In this document: positions 34,320 to 37,509 of the stretch, piece by piece | Position numbering within the stretch: the first letter of the stretch is position 1 | Layout of the letters: every line of letters begins with the position of its first letter | From: Myxococcales bacterium | Lineage (GTDB): Bacteria > Myxococcota_A > Polyangia > Fen-1088 | DNA length: 37,509 nt | Assembly (NCBI GenBank): GCA_003158735.1 | Contig: PMLB01000125.1 | Location: forward strand, 22,877-60,385 | Reading direction: 5' to 3' | Program-made: the position numbers and the translations under genes | Notes under the pieces: generated by a model | What the model was told of the DNA's origin: nothing | Databases searched by the model: none | Seen by the model: the letters and a program-made list of their open reading frames with translations, nothing else

Positions 34320-36089
34320 ATGATCGCGACAAGAACTTCCCGTCTGGCCACGCTGATTGGGTTGGGCCTGGTCCTGGGTTGCAGTTCCCCCGGAGGCGGT
34401 GTTTCCGGATCAGGAGGCACCACAGGATCTGGCGGCAAACCGGGCACTGGCGGCACATCGGACGCTGGAGGCGTCCAGGGTTCGGGCGGCACCGCCAGCA
34501 GCGGTGGAATAGTCAACGGCGCCTCAACTGGTAGCAGCGGAGCGACGGCGACAGGCGGTGAGACAACTAGCATTGGTGGCACGACAGATACAGGTGGCGC
34601 GACGACTGGTAGTGGCGGCGGCGTGAGCAGCGGTGGCACGGCTGGCGGCGGTGGAGCGACGGCGACAGGCGGCTCCACGAATGGCAGCGGCGGACGCACG
34701 GGCTCAGGTGGCGCGACAACGGGTAGCGGCGGACGCGCCGGCTCAGGTGGCCCCACGACTGGCAGTGGCGGACGCTCGGGTTCAGGTGGCGCGACGATTA
34801 GCAGTGGCGGACGCACAGGCTCAGGTGGCACCACGTTGGCCAGCGGGGGAACGCAAGGGTCCGGGGGACAAGTCACGGGCGGGCGTACCGGCTCGGGAGG
34901 TGTGCAGGGCACCGGCGGCACGCCAGGCACCGGCGGCTCGACCTCCACGGGCGGCACGCTAGGCACCGGCGGCTCGTCAAGCACCGGCGGCTCGACCTCC
35001 ACGGGCGATCTTGTCAACCCCGCTCCCGGCAGCAAGTTCTTCATCGGCGCGAACTTTTGGAACGAGGGATGGGAACCAGCGAGCGACTTCTTCTCCAGCA
35101 ACGTCAACTGGGCAACGACAACCAACCCATGGAACCCCACGCTGCTGACCGACCTTGCGCCCTATGCACACGTTCTGCGGTTCATGGACTGGAACAGAAC
35201 CAACGACCAAGTCGCTGGCAGTTGGGCAGCGCGCGCCCAGCCCAACGTGGCGCCGGGAGATCGCGGCGTGGCCTACGAATGGCAGATTGATCTGTGCAAC
35301 CGCGCTCACGTCGACTACTGGATCAACGTTCCCACGCTTGCCGACGATGACCACGTGACCAAGCTCGCGCAATTGATTCAGCAGAAATTGGATCCAAGTC
35401 TGCGCATCTACATCGAGTACTCGAACGAAGTGTGGAACGGCGGGTTCCCGCAAGCGACCTACGCCGACAACCAAGGCGTGGCGGCGAACATGCCCGGCAT
35501 GAATCAGTGGTACAAAGGGTGGGCCTGGTATGTGTACCGCGCGGTGCAGATCTTCCAGGGTTTCGAGGCTGTGTTCGGCAAGAACAGCCCACGCCTGGTC
35601 AAAGTCCTCTCAGGCCAGGCCGGCTACACGGGCGATGCGAGCAATCCGGCGCCGGTCTGCGCATGGCATCTGCAGTCGCTGGCCGACAAGACAGTCAACC
35701 CACAGAGCGAAACCATCAACGCTTACGCGATTGCGCCGTACTTCGGAGGCACAGACACCACCGCGCTCGCCAGTGATATCCCGGATGAAGCGACGCTGGT
35801 GCAGAATCACGTCGCGTGTTTGAAGGGCACGGGCATTCCCCTGATTAGTTACGAGGGAGGGCAGGACTCGTACGCGGCGACCAGTTGCACCGCGGTCGCT
35901 ACCGATCCGGCGATGACCAACTTGTATGTCACATATTTGAACTCCATGATGTCGGCGGGACTGTTGGGCCCGTTCATGCAGTACACGCATGTCGGCAATT
36001 GCTGGGGGCTGAAGATGGCGACCGGCGATAGCAATACCAAGGCGCCAAAGTACCAAGGCGTGCTCAATTGGCTGGCCGCTCACCCGTAG
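34320..36089 (+). CDS. Lipoprotein glycoside hydrolase, clan GH-A-like (family not assignable by eye), with a long Gly/Thr/Ser linker
   Basis: Lipobox LVLGC and about 205 aa of linker. Motifs LRFMDW, IEYSNEVWN (Glu codon 35427-35429), AIAPYFG and ISYEGGQ (Glu codon 35853-35855). AAGGAG RBS. Confidence 0.8.
   Translation: MIATRTSRLATLIGLGLVLGCSSPGGGVSGSGGTTGSGGKPGTGGTSDAGGVQGSGGTASSGGIVNGASTGSSGATATGGETTSIGGTTDTGGATTGSGGGVSSGGTAGGGGATATGGSTNGSGGRTGSGGATTGSGGRAGSGGPTTGSGGRSGSGGATISSGGRTGSGGTTLASGGTQGSGGQVTGGRTGSGGVQGTGGTPGTGGSTSTGGTLGTGGSSSTGGSTSTGDLVNPAPGSKFFIGANFWNEGWEPASDFFSSNVNWATTTNPWNPTLLTDLAPYAHVLRFMDWNRTNDQVAGSWAARAQPNVAPGDRGVAYEWQIDLCNRAHVDYWINVPTLADDDHVTKLAQLIQQKLDPSLRIYIEYSNEVWNGGFPQATYADNQGVAANMPGMNQWYKGWAWYVYRAVQIFQGFEAVFGKNSPRLVKVLSGQAGYTGDASNPAPVCAWHLQSLADKTVNPQSETINAYAIAPYFGGTDTTALASDIPDEATLVQNHVACLKGTGIPLISYEGGQDSYAATSCTAVATDPAMTNLYVTYLNSMMSAGLLGPFMQYTHVGNCWGLKMATGDSNTKAPKYQGVLNWLAAHP
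34683..34838 (+). repeat. 4 x 39-bp intragenic tandem repeat encoding GSGGRxGSGGxTx
   Basis: Units start at 34683, 34722, 34761 and 34800. They are in frame, within the linker. Confidence 0.85.
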
Positions 36090-36132
36090 ATGCAGTTCCT
36101 GCTCAACGGACACCGGCAGACGAGGAGACAGA

Positions 36133-37509
36133 ATGATCGCAGCAAAGACGTCCCGTTCGGCCACGCTGATTGGTTTGTGCCTGGTCCTGGGTTGTAGTTC
36201 TGGCGGGGGCGGTGGTGTTTCGGGATTGGGGGGCACCACCGCAGGGTCGGGCGGCACGAATGAGTCGGGTGGCAAGCAAGGACCTGGTGGCGCACCTGAC
36301 ACTGGTGGCGTCCAGAACCCGGGCGGCACCACAGGCAGCGGCGGCTCGCCTGGCAGCGGCGGTGCGACCGCTTCAGGTGGCGCGACAACTGGCGGCGGTG
36401 GTGCGACGGCTTCAGGTGGCGCGACAATGGGCAGCGGTGGTGTAACGGCTTCAGGTGGTGCAACGTCGGCCAGCGGTGGAACCCAGGGCTCCGGAGGACA
36501 GGGCACGGCTGGGCGTAATGGCGCGGGCGGCACGACGGGCGCAGGCGGCACACAAGGCGCGGGCGGTGCGACGGCTTCAGGTGGCACAACCGCCGGCACT
36601 GGTGGACGCGCAGGTTCAGGTGGTGCAACGTCGGCCAGCGGAGGAACGCAAGGCTCCGGAGGACAGGGCACGGCTGGGCGCTCTGGCACGGGCGGTGCGA
36701 CGGGCACAGGCGGGCGTACTGGCACGGGCGGTGCGACGGGCACAGGCGGCACACAAAGCACGGGCGGAGCGACGACCGGCAGCGGCGGGGCGCAGGGCTC
36801 GGGCGGGACAACGGGAAGCGCGACCCGTCCCAGCTACAACATGGGAACGGGATTTTTCGTGCTGAACGGAAAGCTCTACGACGCCAACGGCGTGGAGTTC
36901 AGGATCCGGGGCGTCGACCGGAACCACTACGACATGGATGCGCCAGGAATCCCGAAGACGCACGCCAACACGGAGCGCACGGTGCTTTTCTTCAACGGGG
37001 AATGGGGCAGCACCATGACCCGCAACGTCCAGGTCATGCAGCAAGACATGATCAACAATCACATCGTTCCCATGCCAGGCAACTGGGAGGGAACCTGTGA
37101 CGAGAGTACGGCGACCCTCACCACCATCGTCGACCGCTGGGTCGCTCAGGTGTCCACCTACAAGGCGCTGGACAAGTACATGATCCTCAACATCGCCAAC
37201 GAGTGGGGCCCCAGCGACAGCACCGTTTGGCGCGACTCATACGTCACCGCCATCCAGCGCCTGCGTACCGCCGGGTACACCTGCACCATCTCCGTCGACT
37301 CGGGAGGCTGCGGACAGGACAACGCCGACCTGGCGAAGTACGCACAGGCCGTATTCGACGCGGACCCACAGAAGAATGTCATCTTCGACCAGCACATCTA
37401 CGGCAACTGGGGCCTAGACGCCCAGAAGCAGAGCTGGCAGCAGGGCCTCATCGCCGGGTTCGACGCACTGGTGGCGACGGGCCTTCCGGTGATCATCGGT
37501 GAGTTCGGC
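36133..37509 (+). CDS. Lipoprotein GH5 (subfamily 8-like beta-mannanase) with a long Gly/Thr linker; runs off the window end
   Basis: Not in the ORF track because it has no stop. Manual translation: MIAAKTSRSATLIGLCLVLGC, about 210 aa of linker, then GFFVLNGKLYDANGVEFRIRGV, ANTER, ILNIANEWG, VDSGGCGQD, FDQHIYG and LPVIIGEFG. GAGGAG RBS. Confidence 0.88.
   Translation, partial: MIAAKTSRSATLIGLCLVLGCSSGGGGGVSGLGGTTAGSGGTNESGGKQGPGGAPDTGGVQNPGGTTGSGGSPGSGGATASGGATTGGGGATASGGATMGSGGVTASGGATSASGGTQGSGGQGTAGRNGAGGTTGAGGTQGAGGATASGGTTAGTGGRAGSGGATSASGGTQGSGGQGTAGRSGTGGATGTGGRTGTGGATGTGGTQSTGGATTGSGGAQGSGGTTGSATRPSYNMGTGFFVLNGKLYDANGVEFRIRGVDRNHYDMDAPGIPKTHANTERTVLFFNGEWGSTMTRNVQVMQQDMINNHIVPMPGNWEGTCDESTATLTTIVDRWVAQVSTYKALDKYMILNIANEWGPSDSTVWRDSYVTAIQRLRTAGYTCTISVDSGGCGQDNADLAKYAQAVFDADPQKNVIFDQHIYGNWGLDAQKQSWQQGLIAGFDALVATGLPVIIGEFG
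36451..36680 (+). repeat. 65-bp intragenic direct repeat (165-bp period) in the linker
   Basis: 36451-36515 versus 36616-36680, with three synonymous differences. Encodes SGGATSASGGTQGSGGQGTAG. Confidence 0.85.

Noticed and set aside
34683-34838. Regular 39-bp repeats as a possible CRISPR array
   Set aside because: In-frame coding repeats with third-position variation, no unique spacers and no cas genes.
36088-36113. Third copy of the module 2 promoter before the mannanase-like gene
   Set aside because: ACAC and the 19-nt spacing are kept, but the -35 position reads AGATGC. Treated as a duplication remnant.

Overview
GC-rich bacterial window, most consistent with a polysaccharide-degrading Myxococcota/Polyangia-like genome. 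This is inferred from the Cys-rich 'CGDG..E.CDDG' repeat protein, the Gly/Thr-linker lipoproteins and the ECF-sigma/TPR modules. The left part holds the 5' part of ftsH, tilS, an orphan SPPY-type methyltransferase, a Phd/YefM-RelE/ParE toxin-antitoxin pair, kdgK-eda, a CACAGAG/CTCTGTG palindromic repeat, and a three-gene C39-peptidase ABC exporter with no visible cargo peptide. Next come a GH5 lipoprotein, an RssB/RssC-like receiver-PP2C plus STAS pair, and argB-argC-dut. The right part holds two paralogous four-gene modules (ECF sigma, single-TM TPR protein, Cys-pair/Pro-linker/beta-rich exported protein, lipoprotein), pirin, a fibro-slime Cys-repeat lipoprotein, an AT-richer polytopic membrane protein and two glycoside-hydrolase lipoproteins. 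The best candidate for a new system is module 2. Its lipoprotein is a clan GH-A-like paralogue with the predicted nucleophile replaced (YEGG to YSMG), while an intact paralogue is transcribed divergently. The same ECF-type motif, TGAAAG-N16-ACAC, lies before both the sigma gene and the intact enzyme. Module 1 has its own twice-repeated motif, TGTAAG-N16-CTAC. This suggests trans-envelope glycan sensing through a dead-enzyme receptor. All family calls come from motif recognition by eye; no database searches were run.
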